Positions 9,295 to 20,608 of a stretch of DNA of 64,000 nt are shown here, piece after piece (positions within the stretch are counted from its first letter, which is position 1; each line of letters starts with the position of its first letter). Source of the stretch: a virus (taxonomy: Duplodnaviria; Caudoviricetes); IMG/VR virus record IMGVR_UViG_3300021255_004000, positions 32,001 through 96,000 of that record. One strand, 5' to 3'. The notes beneath the pieces are model-generated. The model did no database searches, was not told where the DNA came from, and saw only the letters and a list, made by a program, of their open reading frames with translations. Both the position numbers and the translations under genes were made by a program.

Positions 9295-12200
9295 ATGTTA
9301 TCAACAAAGCAAAAATCTGACTTGTTATTTAAGCATTATCTTGGTGCAGGTTCTACTCGTGATAATCGTGAGTTTTTCGAGGAAGCAATTAAGTCTTCTT
9401 TTGTTGTAAGACCTGACCAGTTATGGACTTATTCTGATAGAATTCCTGATGGTACTGAAGCCACAGGTGGAAAGGACAACATTGAGTACATTATCAATAT
9501 GGGCCTTGATGGAAATGACCCGATCTTTTACCATTACATTAGCGAAGATCAAGATAAAGTTCCACTTGTAAAGAGATACATCGACTTGCCTCTTACAATG
9601 ATTGACAAAGGAACTGACAATGCATTCTTGATTGCTGATGAAGATGGAAATCAAATTAAAGACATCATTCCTTTCAACTATTGTGAAGAGTATTACAACT
9701 ATGTTCTCAAGACTGCTGATGGTAAACGCATTCCTTTTGGTGTAGGTGACTGGAATGTTGATACATACTCAGGTATCGTTACTTTCTATGGTGAATTGCC
9801 TGATGGTGTAGATCACGAACATCCGCCTTTAATATCTTTTTACCAGTACATTGGTGGTAACGGATTCCGTCAAGATACTTATGGTTATGATGGTGCAATT
9901 CTTCCTCTTGATAATGTTGAAATTGCTGCAGGTTCTTGTGCGATAACAAATGGTTCTGAAGGTAGAACTCTTTATGAACATATTGTTGATAAAGCAAACG
10001 AAATCCAAAATGACTTCGTTGATGTATTTGGTTGGGACGGCGCAGACAAAAATGAAGGTATTGCTCTTTCATTTGAGAAAATAATTCCTCTTACTTATAC
10101 ATCAAATCAGGATGCAGTTAAAGGTTATGACCAAGCATCTAATTCTGAAATTGGTACATTGCTTTCAAACAAGACAACCAACTTTGAAGCAGATGACAAC
10201 TATGAAATCGTATTTGCTTCTCAGAAACTTGACCCAACTGCTGCTTACAGAATTGAAATTGCTGAAGGTGTTGCAACAGGATTTGAGAATGATGTTGCTC
10301 AAGATCCTGTAAACATTACAGGTAACGAATGGGGACTTTACAAAGTTTGGTTAAATGACCACGCTTTTGTTGTACTTAAAGTTAAAAATCCTGAAGATGA
10401 AACATTGACATTTACAGTTTCATCAAAGAACAAAGTAATTACTGCTTTGCTTTTGTATTGGAGCGACCAAGACAAACAGTATCAGCCATTCCTTCCAAAA
10501 GAGGACTTGCTTGGTAATTTTGGTTTCCCAGTTGTTACTATCAACGGTCGTTTACCTCCATCTGTTCAGTTGGGTACTGCTGCTCTTGCAACATTCTCAG
10601 ATGTTATTACACCTGATTATTATGGTCCTCGTACATTTGCAGTTGTTATCGCAAACGAAGATGGGACTGATGTAAAGTCAGCTGATTACATTGTAAAGAA
10701 CAAAGAAGATTGGTATCTTAATGACATTCTTGAACAGATTAAAACAAAATATGGAAAAGACCTTAAAGGTACAATCTATTTAAGAGCAGGCCATTATATC
10801 ACAAATGGTGACCTTGACATTTCAATGTTCACAAATGCAATTATCGAAGGTGACCATTTTGCGACAACAATCGATCTTGGTGGACACGCTTTGATAGTTA
10901 AACCTGAAGAAGGAAAGATTGCTGAACTTTGCCACACAAAACTTGCTAATGTAGGTAGTGTTGATATTTCTGCAAAAGGTATCGCAATTCTTTCAGATTT
11001 GGATCTTTCAGGTGTTGACATTGAACTTGAAGCTTATAATTCAGGTAAAGTGCTTGTTCGTTCGGTTTCTGCAAACAATGTTCATATCTTTGGTGAACAG
11101 GATGCTGAACTTCCAAATGTTGACATCAAGAGTTCTTACCTCAACAAAGTTACAGTTGAAAAGAACAAAACATATTTGAGCAATAACACAATTAACGAAG
11201 TTTCTGTAGCAATTCCTCCTGCTGATACAGAAGACAACACGATGGTACTTCGTGGAAATGTTATCAACACTTTGGCAACAAAGTATGATGACTTGTTTAT
11301 TGACAACAATATGATCTTCCGCTATAAAGGCATTGCAGGTTCTGCTGCTAATCAGATTCCTGTAGGTACACCTAAAGATCATACAGTTTTGAACAGTAAT
11401 AAAGATGAGTTGACAACTACAGGTCGTTTCCCTATTTTCAGTAAGGACGACTTCTTGCATATGAAATATGCAGAGTTTGCTTCACCATTCAATTACAACA
11501 AAACAGAAAATATAATTGAACTCCTTTATGATACGGGCGTTCTTAAAATAGTTGATGGTAAACTTACAACAGTTATTAAGTCTGACAGAATTGCAATGTC
11601 AGAGGTTGTGTTTGACCGTCACGAAAACTCTGAACTTGACCCAGTAATTTATAACAACTCACATACATTAAATGATGTATTCAAACACATTTATATGTGG
11701 AAGGCAGACCTTGATCCTAACGGTAAAGTACCGCTTCAGGAATTGCCTGACAGTGTCGCTTATGGTGGTTTGTTATTCGTTGGTACTTGGTCATTTGTAA
11801 ATAACAGTGGTAAATATCCAACTTTCAATGATGCACAAATAAGTTTCAGTGAAGACAAAGTTGTAAATGAATTACAACCTGGTTGGTTCTTCATCGTTTC
11901 AGAAGCTGTTGATACATCTGATACAGATGCAGACAATGATACACCAGTTGCAGAACAAATTGCTGAAGATGGTGTTAAGTTTACTGCTGGTGACTGGGTA
12001 ATTTATGAAGGTAAAGAAAAAGCCACAAAGACAGTCGATTGGTCAAAAGCTGTTACATTCAGAATTGGTGATTATATCATCACTAACAAGAATATGCTTG
12101 CAACTCTTGGACAGACTGATATTTTCCAAATCCTTACTGCTGATACAATCGACAGTTTTGATGATGAAACAAACGGCGGTGTTGTAATTAAGAAAGGTAT

Positions 12201-14154
12201 TGTTTCAACAACACTTAATGCAGTTGAAGAAGTTGCAAATGTTTTGAAGAAAGACTTTGACATTACAACTCTTGAACTTGACTGTACATATAACACAACT
12301 GAAGGTAAAGCAAAGTGGGTAAAGATTGACCGTGCATATTCTGATCCAACATACTCACCTTTACCATATTATGCAAAGGTACCTGAGGTTGAAAACCTTG
12401 ATTGGTATTGGAAAAAGAACAGAAAAGGCGGTGCTCTTGACTTAAGCGGCGATACAATTATTGAAGCTTTTAAGAAAGTAAACGATGAGTTGAGAAAGTT
12501 GCAGCCTAAGAAACCAATGTACATTGGTTCTGTTCCTTTTGAAATGATGAAAGAATATGACACTGTTTCTTACAGAAATTACAGAAATGGTGTTATGGGT
12601 TCTGTTGTTACTCGTCTTGATTCTTCAAAAGTAAAATCTTTTGATACTCAAACAAGATGCTTACCTGACGGCACAAGAACATATCAAGAATTGATTTTCT
12701 TTGGTGATGAAGCAAAACTTACAGTAAATGTTGACAACACTGAGTATGAGTTTATTGTAGGTGTTGATAAGCCTGCACAGGAACAAGGACCTGTATATGT
12801 ATCAAAAGCAACAGAGGCAATGACATATGCAGATCACGGCGAAGGTTACTGGCAAGGTATTTATATCGTTGTAAAGAATGATAACCTCAAAGATGGTGTA
12901 CATACTGTTCACGCAACAATCGACGATGTTAAAGTTATATATGATGATAAGACAGATACTTGGCAGTTCCAAAACGATTATGCAGGTTCTTCAAATGTTG
13001 TTACATACAACACATTTACACCATACTTCCCAGCAAGCGTTGTAAAAGTTGATAAGACTTATGTAGGTATTGCTGAAGTTCCTATTGCAGATTTGGCAAC
13101 CGCTGATATGTGTTCAGGTATTCGCAAAATAAACCTTGCAAACTTCAAGAAGATTTCAGGTATTGAACTTCGTCTTGACAAAATATATAAAGATTGGAAT
13201 GTGCCTGCTGAAAAACTTGCTGAAGTTAAAGTTCTTTTGAATGATGACCCAGAAAAAGTACTTTGTGAATCAACTGTTGCTGATGATTATATCGAACTTG
13301 AAGACTCTGGCGATGGCGTATATCAGAACTTGCATTTGGAAAACTTTGAAATCCCAGTTACTTATGAAAACAAAGATGACATCTTGCCTTATTCAACAAC
13401 TTTGGATTTCTACATTACAGTTTATGACTTGTACAATGAGCCACACGAGATAAAGTTTTACTCATACACAGGTGTTCGTTTCGACCCAACAACAGAAGAT
13501 GAAAGATGTAAAGCAGGTAACCTTGATGAAAACTCTTCTTTCAAGGATCTGCCTAATTCATTCGGCGGTCTTTGGTATTCATCAGCAACTTGTGTTGAAG
13601 AACTTACAAAGATTGGTGAACTTGTTGATGGAAAGCCTGTAGGAGTTTATCAGCAGCCACAAGAAACATACTGGGTTGGCACAGGTTCACCTGCTCCTTT
13701 CAATCCAAAAACAAGTTGGAAAGGACATCAGTATGGCGAAGACTTCTATGGTGTTGCTTGTTTCAACATTGGCCACATCGAAGATGCAACAGGATTTGTG
13801 TTCAAAATTGAAGGTCTTGAAAAAGACTTGAAGAATTATACATTTGATAAACTCAGCGGTTCTACTAATGATGTTATTCTTCAGGTTTGTCTTGTTGACC
13901 CTGATGAACTTGAACACGCAAATGCAAAAGTTACTGCATTCCTTGATGCTGATAATCCTTATGATGGCTTCACACCTGTAAAAGAGAATGTATTTGAAAC
14001 ACCAGTTATGTATGCGGGTAACTCAACTGCAACTGAAAAGCGCGTTACATTCGGCCGTAATAAGATACTTTCTGGTGATGTATATGTTCGTATTGGTATC
14101 AAAAAGGATTCAGGACTTCGCTTTACAGGAATTAAGTTGGTAGAGGAAATATAA
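9295..14154 (+). CDS. Large virion structural protein (baseplate/tail-fibre-like)
   Basis: 1619 aa, beta-rich; shares the KADLDxNGKxPL...GxL.F.G.W module with downstream genes. Confidence 0.6.
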   Translation: MLSTKQKSDLLFKHYLGAGSTRDNREFFEEAIKSSFVVRPDQLWTYSDRIPDGTEATGGKDNIEYIINMGLDGNDPIFYHYISEDQDKVPLVKRYIDLPLTMIDKGTDNAFLIADEDGNQIKDIIPFNYCEEYYNYVLKTADGKRIPFGVGDWNVDTYSGIVTFYGELPDGVDHEHPPLISFYQYIGGNGFRQDTYGYDGAILPLDNVEIAAGSCAITNGSEGRTLYEHIVDKANEIQNDFVDVFGWDGADKNEGIALSFEKIIPLTYTSNQDAVKGYDQASNSEIGTLLSNKTTNFEADDNYEIVFASQKLDPTAAYRIEIAEGVATGFENDVAQDPVNITGNEWGLYKVWLNDHAFVVLKVKNPEDETLTFTVSSKNKVITALLLYWSDQDKQYQPFLPKEDLLGNFGFPVVTINGRLPPSVQLGTAALATFSDVITPDYYGPRTFAVVIANEDGTDVKSADYIVKNKEDWYLNDILEQIKTKYGKDLKGTIYLRAGHYITNGDLDISMFTNAIIEGDHFATTIDLGGHALIVKPEEGKIAELCHTKLANVGSVDISAKGIAILSDLDLSGVDIELEAYNSGKVLVRSVSANNVHIFGEQDAELPNVDIKSSYLNKVTVEKNKTYLSNNTINEVSVAIPPADTEDNTMVLRGNVINTLATKYDDLFIDNNMIFRYKGIAGSAANQIPVGTPKDHTVLNSNKDELTTTGRFPIFSKDDFLHMKYAEFASPFNYNKTENIIELLYDTGVLKIVDGKLTTVIKSDRIAMSEVVFDRHENSELDPVIYNNSHTLNDVFKHIYMWKADLDPNGKVPLQELPDSVAYGGLLFVGTWSFVNNSGKYPTFNDAQISFSEDKVVNELQPGWFFIVSEAVDTSDTDADNDTPVAEQIAEDGVKFTAGDWVIYEGKEKATKTVDWSKAVTFRIGDYIITNKNMLATLGQTDIFQILTADTIDSFDDETNGGVVIKKGIVSTTLNAVEEVANVLKKDFDITTLELDCTYNTTEGKAKWVKIDRAYSDPTYSPLPYYAKVPEVENLDWYWKKNRKGGALDLSGDTIIEAFKKVNDELRKLQPKKPMYIGSVPFEMMKEYDTVSYRNYRNGVMGSVVTRLDSSKVKSFDTQTRCLPDGTRTYQELIFFGDEAKLTVNVDNTEYEFIVGVDKPAQEQGPVYVSKATEAMTYADHGEGYWQGIYIVVKNDNLKDGVHTVHATIDDVKVIYDDKTDTWQFQNDYAGSSNVVTYNTFTPYFPASVVKVDKTYVGIAEVPIADLATADMCSGIRKINLANFKKISGIELRLDKIYKDWNVPAEKLAEVKVLLNDDPEKVLCESTVADDYIELEDSGDGVYQNLHLENFEIPVTYENKDDILPYSTTLDFYITVYDLYNEPHEIKFYSYTGVRFDPTTEDERCKAGNLDENSSFKDLPNSFGGLWYSSATCVEELTKIGELVDGKPVGVYQQPQETYWVGTGSPAPFNPKTSWKGHQYGEDFYGVACFNIGHIEDATGFVFKIEGLEKDLKNYTFDKLSGSTNDVILQVCLVDPDELEHANAKVTAFLDADNPYDGFTPVKENVFETPVMYAGNSTATEKRVTFGRNKILSGDVYVRIGIKKDSGLRFTGIKLVEEI

Positions 14155-14157
14155 TTT

Positions 14158-15006
14158 ATGGATAAGAAGTACACATCTAATGTTGAAGACAAAAGATTAA
14201 ACATTGAAGAGCAACCTACAATGGGTCAGCATATTCTTCCCCAGCAAATCTGGAGAGATGGTGCTCTTATCCCCGGTTCACCTGATGATGTAAAGTTTAA
14301 GTCACCTGAACTTATTGATGGTGTTGCTGTTCAAACATCTTACTTTAATGATGGACAAACTGTTCATCAGCTTATACAGAAAATAAATCGGTTGCCACTT
14401 ACAAAAGTAAGAGGAACAAAAAATGTTTACTTCAATGAAGAGTTGAAAAACATAATCGGACGCGAGTTTGACAATGATCCAACTGATAAAAAGAAAAGTT
14501 GGCAGTACATCATTTATTCAAGTAAAGGTGAACTTGCTTATGGTCTTGGTGATCCAATAGTTGATGTTGCAACAGGCCACTTGTTCTTCCGAAATAAAGA
14601 TTTCGTTGAAGCAATCGATTCTGATGAGTCATTTTATATAACATTTTATAAGTATGTTGGTCGCTTCGGCTTTATGGGCTCAGGTGACAATGAACAGGAT
14701 GCATACGGCGGTCTTGACTTGCCTTTCCGTGATGATATAAAACATTTCAAAGATGCTGACAATGATAACCGCACAGCAACAATTCAACTTGAAGGCGCTG
14801 AAGGAAATACAATTTATGTGTTGCCAAATGCTGCAGAAGTTTATAATGATGGTAATGTTGTTATTGATGAATATGGAAAGTCAACTTCAATCAACAAGAA
14901 CTTAGGTACTGTTATGCTTCAGGAAAACTATCAGGAGATCGATTGGAACATTGGCTGGCATAACGGTGGAGTGTGGTTGCCTGATGGGACCGTTAGGAAG
15001 AACTAA
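14158..15006 (+). CDS. Virion structural protein, related to N-terminus of 9295-14154
   Basis: Shared GxG..VD..xG...F, FYxYxG motifs. Confidence 0.55.
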   Translation: MDKKYTSNVEDKRLNIEEQPTMGQHILPQQIWRDGALIPGSPDDVKFKSPELIDGVAVQTSYFNDGQTVHQLIQKINRLPLTKVRGTKNVYFNEELKNIIGREFDNDPTDKKKSWQYIIYSSKGELAYGLGDPIVDVATGHLFFRNKDFVEAIDSDESFYITFYKYVGRFGFMGSGDNEQDAYGGLDLPFRDDIKHFKDADNDNRTATIQLEGAEGNTIYVLPNAAEVYNDGNVVIDEYGKSTSINKNLGTVMLQENYQEIDWNIGWHNGGVWLPDGTVRKN

Positions 15007-15023
15007 TTATCTAAGAGGATAAG

Positions 15024-18008
15024 ATGGCAGCAAAGATTCAAGTAGCAAGAGGTGACTTAGTAGGTAAACAAAGTGAAAAGCCTTTAGTACCTGCTGAATT
15101 ATTTTGGCAAGCAAGAACCTCTGATGATAACAATAAAGATGATTCATATGCAAAATGGGACGAAGGTACTTTATACATAGGCCGTCCTTCTTTGAATATG
15201 AAGAAGATAGCTGAAAAGCCTATCCCTATTGCAGGAGCAAGAACATACTTTTCAGTTGTTCCAAGAGGATACTTATCAGAAGAGTCATCAATAGCAGATC
15301 CTATTTTCAAACACGCAAGTGTAGGTGACCTTTATATTTTTGCAAATGACGCTAAAGAAGGCCAGTTCCATAATGTTGATGACTTCCGTAAAGATGACCT
15401 TTTACTCATTCTCGATATAGGCGAAAGCAATAAATCTCCTTACACAGGTGAAATAATCAATCAGTCATTGATTAAGTACAAAAGAATCAATTCTTCTGGT
15501 GGTTACGCTGATGATGTTTATTTTACTCAGAACGGTAAAGAAGACGGAGACAAATGGGCTGGTTTTGATGCAACAAATGTTCAGGACGCATTGCTTGAAC
15601 TTAACTGGGAAAAAGGACAGTATTGTGGCACAATCGGCTCAAACGCTCAGATTCCTGTATTCCCAAAAGTTGTAATTGGCGGTGTGTATCTTGTAACAGC
15701 TGACCAACTTGCTTTCAACACAGGCATTGAAGGAAAAGAGTTTTCACCTGATAAAGGCGACTTCGTATTCTGGAGACAGCCTGTAAACACTGACCCAACA
15801 TCAGGTTACTGGGTACAGATTCCTAGTGGTTATACAAATGCTGATGAAATTGATTATTATGACCACGATGACGATGTTGACCTTTACATCAGCAAGTTGT
15901 TCTCAACATTCACAGATGATCATAAAACTCATTTCAAAGAAAGCAGCAGCAATGTTCGTGAAATGCTTGACTTCTTGATGGCAGAAAAAGCCCAACTTGA
16001 CGAGCAGGGAAAAATCCCATTATCACAGATGCACGACACAGTTCTTGGTGCTTTGCAGTTTCGTGGCGTTTGGAATCCACTTAAAACAGATATTAAAATC
16101 GAAGATAACTTAGATACAGTTGACGGTAAACAATATGTAAAAGAAGGCAATGAGTCAATAGTAAATCCTTTGCCAATGTTGAAAGAATATACTGATGGTG
16201 ACACAACGGGAATTACATATCAAGGTCTTAATGACGGTGATTATTATGTTGTTCAGACACAGGACGATGTTCTTAACCTTCAATACAAGTTTTATAATGT
16301 TGACTTTGAGTTGAACACTGGAGACTGGATTGTTTGGCAGTCTTCACAAGTTGAAGATACTACTTCTGATGGCACAATCCACACAAATGGCTTCTGGAGC
16401 AAAATTGACAACACAGACCGCATCTCTGCAATGCAGTACAAAATTGATGTTTCAAACAGAAACAACTTCTTTGTAACACGCGCTGTTGATGAAAGCATTT
16501 TGACTTTAGTTGGTACTCCTAAACTTGTAGGACAGAATAAAATTGGTCTTGAGTTCCTTGGCAACAACACAGTTGCAATTACAGGCCGCGGACTTATTGA
16601 CCAACTTGAATATGAAAACCCATTACCAAACTTCCTTGTAAGATATGATAATGCAACTGGTACAGTAAAGAACTCATTCATTGAGGAAATTGGCGGTCAG
16701 TATGACAATCTTCCAAACAATGAAAGAACTGACCACATCAAGGACATCAATTCAGACAACTTGACTTTGATACATTCAAATCTTCAGGTTGGTGATGTTA
16801 ACGAAGTAAGACATCAAAAAGTTTTCGGTAACATTACTTTGGCTCCTCATATTACAACATCTCTCGATAAAGTTACTTGGGAGAAATCTGTGTTCCAGTT
16901 TGAGGTTGATGCTACAGATGAAGATGGTAAAATCAAACGCCGTACTGTAAGTCTTGTTGCGCCAAGCGGACTCCGTAATGATTTGGGCTATGGTGTAAAC
17001 GAAGACATTGCTGATGTTGAAACAAACATCATTCTTCCTGAGCATACATCAACTTTAGTTGGTAAACTTGCAGGCGTTGAGTTTGAAGAAACGCGTCTTC
17101 TTAAGTCAACAACTGAAGGTTACGCTGAAAGTACATCAATCGAAGAACATATCAATGCGGAAGATTCGACTGAAAACTATCACGACAGCATTCATAATAT
17201 CATTGAGTTCCATTCACAGGTTTCTGCACCAATTCAAAACTCTTATGAGTACTACTTTGGTGATTGGAACACATCTGAAGAAGGCGCTTATTATGATAAT
17301 GACGACTTCGATGAAAATGGTAAACTTGCAAGAAAGTGGGCAAAAGAATTCTTTAGCGCACGCCTTGTAAAAAATACACATCAGATAAACAGCAACATAA
17401 CTGTTATGTTACCAACGAAGAGCGGCTCTTTGATTACAGAAGAGTTTGTTCAGGATTTGCTCGGTAAAGACGACGATACTTATTTGACAATGTTTGGTGT
17501 TTCAAAAGTACTTGACACTGGCAATAAGATGAACACTTTGCAGAAGTCGCCTTTGAGACAGATTCAGAATGCACTTCGTACTCGTTTGCTTGCTTCAAAA
17601 GTTGAACGCGAGAATGAAGAAGAAAAAGCAAATCAGCAGCAAATCATTGCAGAAGCAACTGCTGATGAACTTGCTCCTTCAAGAGATGATGGCACATTCA
17701 AGCCTACAACTGATGTAAAGGTTGCAGATACAGTTATTGAAAATGACCTTGTCGCAGGTGTGTTTAATGAAGATGGTTCTATCAAAGAAAAGAAGTCAAT
17801 CTTTGCAACTCGTGCATTGGGTGTTTCTGACCCAGATTATGGTACAGGAATCATTCAGGCAGCAAGACAAAACTTCCCTGATGCAGAACAGTACTTTGAC
17901 CCAGTTACAGGTGAACCTACTGTCCCTACTGATGTTGTGGTTGATATGCCAAATGAAAGCGGCGTAATGTTGACAAGCAACTCAGTTATTTCAGGCGGCG
18001 TTTGGTAA
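15024..18008 (+). CDS. Tail fibre/structural protein
   Basis: IQVARG start, KAQLDEQGKIPLSQM module, GGVW end. Confidence 0.6.
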   Translation: MAAKIQVARGDLVGKQSEKPLVPAELFWQARTSDDNNKDDSYAKWDEGTLYIGRPSLNMKKIAEKPIPIAGARTYFSVVPRGYLSEESSIADPIFKHASVGDLYIFANDAKEGQFHNVDDFRKDDLLLILDIGESNKSPYTGEIINQSLIKYKRINSSGGYADDVYFTQNGKEDGDKWAGFDATNVQDALLELNWEKGQYCGTIGSNAQIPVFPKVVIGGVYLVTADQLAFNTGIEGKEFSPDKGDFVFWRQPVNTDPTSGYWVQIPSGYTNADEIDYYDHDDDVDLYISKLFSTFTDDHKTHFKESSSNVREMLDFLMAEKAQLDEQGKIPLSQMHDTVLGALQFRGVWNPLKTDIKIEDNLDTVDGKQYVKEGNESIVNPLPMLKEYTDGDTTGITYQGLNDGDYYVVQTQDDVLNLQYKFYNVDFELNTGDWIVWQSSQVEDTTSDGTIHTNGFWSKIDNTDRISAMQYKIDVSNRNNFFVTRAVDESILTLVGTPKLVGQNKIGLEFLGNNTVAITGRGLIDQLEYENPLPNFLVRYDNATGTVKNSFIEEIGGQYDNLPNNERTDHIKDINSDNLTLIHSNLQVGDVNEVRHQKVFGNITLAPHITTSLDKVTWEKSVFQFEVDATDEDGKIKRRTVSLVAPSGLRNDLGYGVNEDIADVETNIILPEHTSTLVGKLAGVEFEETRLLKSTTEGYAESTSIEEHINAEDSTENYHDSIHNIIEFHSQVSAPIQNSYEYYFGDWNTSEEGAYYDNDDFDENGKLARKWAKEFFSARLVKNTHQINSNITVMLPTKSGSLITEEFVQDLLGKDDDTYLTMFGVSKVLDTGNKMNTLQKSPLRQIQNALRTRLLASKVERENEEEKANQQQIIAEATADELAPSRDDGTFKPTTDVKVADTVIENDLVAGVFNEDGSIKEKKSIFATRALGVSDPDYGTGIIQAARQNFPDAEQYFDPVTGEPTVPTDVVVDMPNESGVMLTSNSVISGGVW

Positions 18009-18047
18009 GAATAATTAAAACATATACTAATTTATAAGAGGATTAAA

Positions 18048-20207
18048 ATGGATACAAAACACTTTAACAACATAAAGATTGCTCGTGGTACTCGTGCTAA
18101 ATGGTTAGCAGGTGCAAAGCCATCTTATGGCGAAATGTTCTATGATAAAAACACCAAAGGTGTTTACATCGCAATTCCAAATGCTGATGCTGAAAATGGA
18201 ATTGATCTTAAACGCTTTGGTGGTTTTGACTCAGTAGTTCTTAAAGGAACAATTCAGGCATCCAACTTTGCGAATATTTGTAAAATTGCAGAACCTGGTG
18301 ATGCATATATTGTAACAGGTGCAATCAATGTTGTACAGCCTGAAATTACATTTGACAATAAGGGTAATGTTTTAAGAAACACAACAAGCGTAAGAACTTA
18401 CGACGATTACTTTAAGAACGGTCAGGTAATTATTTTTACAAGTGAAGATGTTTCAAACATTCCAAATGCATACATCTTCAATGAATCTGAAATTGCTGCA
18501 AATCCTGAAGGCGCAAAAGGTATCGTTACTTTGGCAGGTACTGCTGAAGCTGCTGACCTTGAATATGATCCATCATTGACAGAAGTTGCTTCTGACAAGG
18601 GAATGGGCACAGGTAAAGCAATCACTGATGTACAGACAGCTCTTGATGCTCTTTTCAATGAAAAGATGGAGTTCATCGGCTCATTCAATGAAATAACAAT
18701 TACAGCAACAGACAACCTTACTGATGCTGACAATTATACTCCTGCAACAGCTGCAGATAAAGCTTGGGCAATCATTGCAAAGCAGAAGCAGTTGCTTATG
18801 GGTCAGTCCATTGTTTACTCAGGTCCTACATCAAAGATTACAACTGTAGATGGTGATGTTACAGTCAGAACAAACACAATGATTGTAAATAACGCAGGCG
18901 TTATTTATACAATTCCTCTTGGTGCTTCTGAAGCTCGTGATATTGCATATACTCCTTCTGGTGATCTTAAAACAGATGAGTCTGTTCCAACATTTACAAC
19001 TGTTCAGACAGACGGTACAATCGTTCAGTTAACTGAAGATCAGATTGCAACTGTACAGCACGCATTGGACTACTTGCACCAGAATAAAGCTGACTTGAAC
19101 AGCAATGGTAAGTTGCCACTTTCACAGATGCCATCAACAATGATTGGTGCTCTTCAGTATGTTGGTACTGTTAAGATTGACGATGATGTAACATCTTTGA
19201 CAGTTGCAGAATTGGCTGGTTTGATGCGTTCTGCAAAAGAAGGTGGAGATTCTTGGGAAACAGAAACTGATAGCAAGGAAGGAAACAAGAAAGCTCAGGC
19301 ATATGAAAACCTTGACTCTGGTGACTATGTAATTATCTCAATTCCACTTTCAACAACTGACGGTGAAGATCACAAACTTTCAAGACAGATTTCAGTTCTT
19401 GATGGTAAAACTGAAGTATTCAAACTCAGCAACGGCGATCACGTGATTGTGAACAAAGCTGATGAAGATGGATATGTGTTTGACCGTCTTGATACATCTG
19501 CTGCTGTTGATGCTATCAACGAAATCATCGGTTCAGTTGAAATCGTTGATAAAGAAAGACTTGTTCCTGAGTCATTCAACGAAGATGGTACAGCAACATC
19601 TGCAACTATTCAGGAAACACAGATTACAACTGATGCAGCAACTCACACAATCAGAGTTGAAGCACCAAACGCCGTTCTTGAAAGCAAAGCAATCCCTGCT
19701 CACAACTTGTCACAGGCTGGCGGCAACCGTTCATTAGTTGAGTCTGACTTGTTCGTAAACGATACAAAGCACAGCTCAAACTACAAAACTGGCGACGATA
19801 AAACACACAACACTGAAATCATCGGAAAGAAGAAAGATGGTACACAGGTTACTGTTGAACTTCCAAACAAAGATGGTATGCTTCAGGTTATCGGCGAAGG
19901 TAACGGTACAAAAGATGTTCTTCCTAAGTTCGATGAAGACGGATCTTTAATCGACTCTGAAGTATCTCAGACAAACGATGCAACAACAGGAAACGGTACA
20001 TTCCACCTTGGCGAAAACTTTGACATCAACTATGATGAACTTGCAAAACTCTTGCAGTATCTTCGCGGAACTGTTAAGATTACTCGCTTGTTCGACCACG
20101 ACGATGCAAACATCAATTCTGAATCACAAACTGCTCGTACACACGATGAAAACACACTTGTTGTACTTGACGAGGATTCTGCTATTGATGGCGGTGAATG
20201 GGAATAA
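18048..20207 (+). CDS. Tail fibre/structural protein
   Basis: IKIARGT...GEMFYD start, KADLNSNGKLPLSQM module, IDGGEW end. Confidence 0.6.
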   Translation: MDTKHFNNIKIARGTRAKWLAGAKPSYGEMFYDKNTKGVYIAIPNADAENGIDLKRFGGFDSVVLKGTIQASNFANICKIAEPGDAYIVTGAINVVQPEITFDNKGNVLRNTTSVRTYDDYFKNGQVIIFTSEDVSNIPNAYIFNESEIAANPEGAKGIVTLAGTAEAADLEYDPSLTEVASDKGMGTGKAITDVQTALDALFNEKMEFIGSFNEITITATDNLTDADNYTPATAADKAWAIIAKQKQLLMGQSIVYSGPTSKITTVDGDVTVRTNTMIVNNAGVIYTIPLGASEARDIAYTPSGDLKTDESVPTFTTVQTDGTIVQLTEDQIATVQHALDYLHQNKADLNSNGKLPLSQMPSTMIGALQYVGTVKIDDDVTSLTVAELAGLMRSAKEGGDSWETETDSKEGNKKAQAYENLDSGDYVIISIPLSTTDGEDHKLSRQISVLDGKTEVFKLSNGDHVIVNKADEDGYVFDRLDTSAAVDAINEIIGSVEIVDKERLVPESFNEDGTATSATIQETQITTDAATHTIRVEAPNAVLESKAIPAHNLSQAGGNRSLVESDLFVNDTKHSSNYKTGDDKTHNTEIIGKKKDGTQVTVELPNKDGMLQVIGEGNGTKDVLPKFDEDGSLIDSEVSQTNDATTGNGTFHLGENFDINYDELAKLLQYLRGTVKITRLFDHDDANINSESQTARTHDENTLVVLDEDSAIDGGEWE

Positions 20208-20225
20208 ACCTTTTAGGTTGAAATA

Positions 20226-20250
20226 AAAAGGCGGGCAAAAAGCCCGCCTT
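20226..20250. terminator. Terminator of the AAGGCGRGC hairpin family
   Basis: AAGGCGGGC-aaaaa-GCCCGCCTT. Confidence 0.75.
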
Positions 20251-20267
20251 AATTTATTTATTGGCAC

Positions 20268-20555
20268 TTATCTGTTCTGTTTGAAAATTCCCAAACTCGG
20301 GATTTCAAATTCTCCCATAGGAACGCCACACCAAGTATGCTCAACAACCTTGTAGCCGTCTCTCTTGTCCTTCTCAAGTTCCTTTGAAAAGATTTCTTCT
20401 TTTCGTTCCTTTGCCCAAATAAAAAGTTTGGCAAACTCGCTCATAGGTACTTGGTGGCCTTTATTGACCATAGACTGCAGTTCGTTTATACCTGTTTTTA
20501 ATGTCTGATTGATAAGTGCCTCATCAGTCATATCCCTTACTTCAGATTCCATCAT
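20268..20555 (-). CDS. Hypothetical protein
   Basis: 95-aa ORF with AAGGAG RBS. Confidence 0.6.
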   Translation of the reverse strand: MMESEVRDMTDEALINQTLKTGINELQSMVNKGHQVPMSEFAKLFIWAKERKEEIFSKELEKDKRDGYKVVEHTWCGVPMGEFEIPSLGIFKQNR

Positions 20556-20608
20556 ATTTGAACTCCTTAAAACTAAGCGGAAGTATTTCTCAACTTCCGC
20601 CTTTGTTT

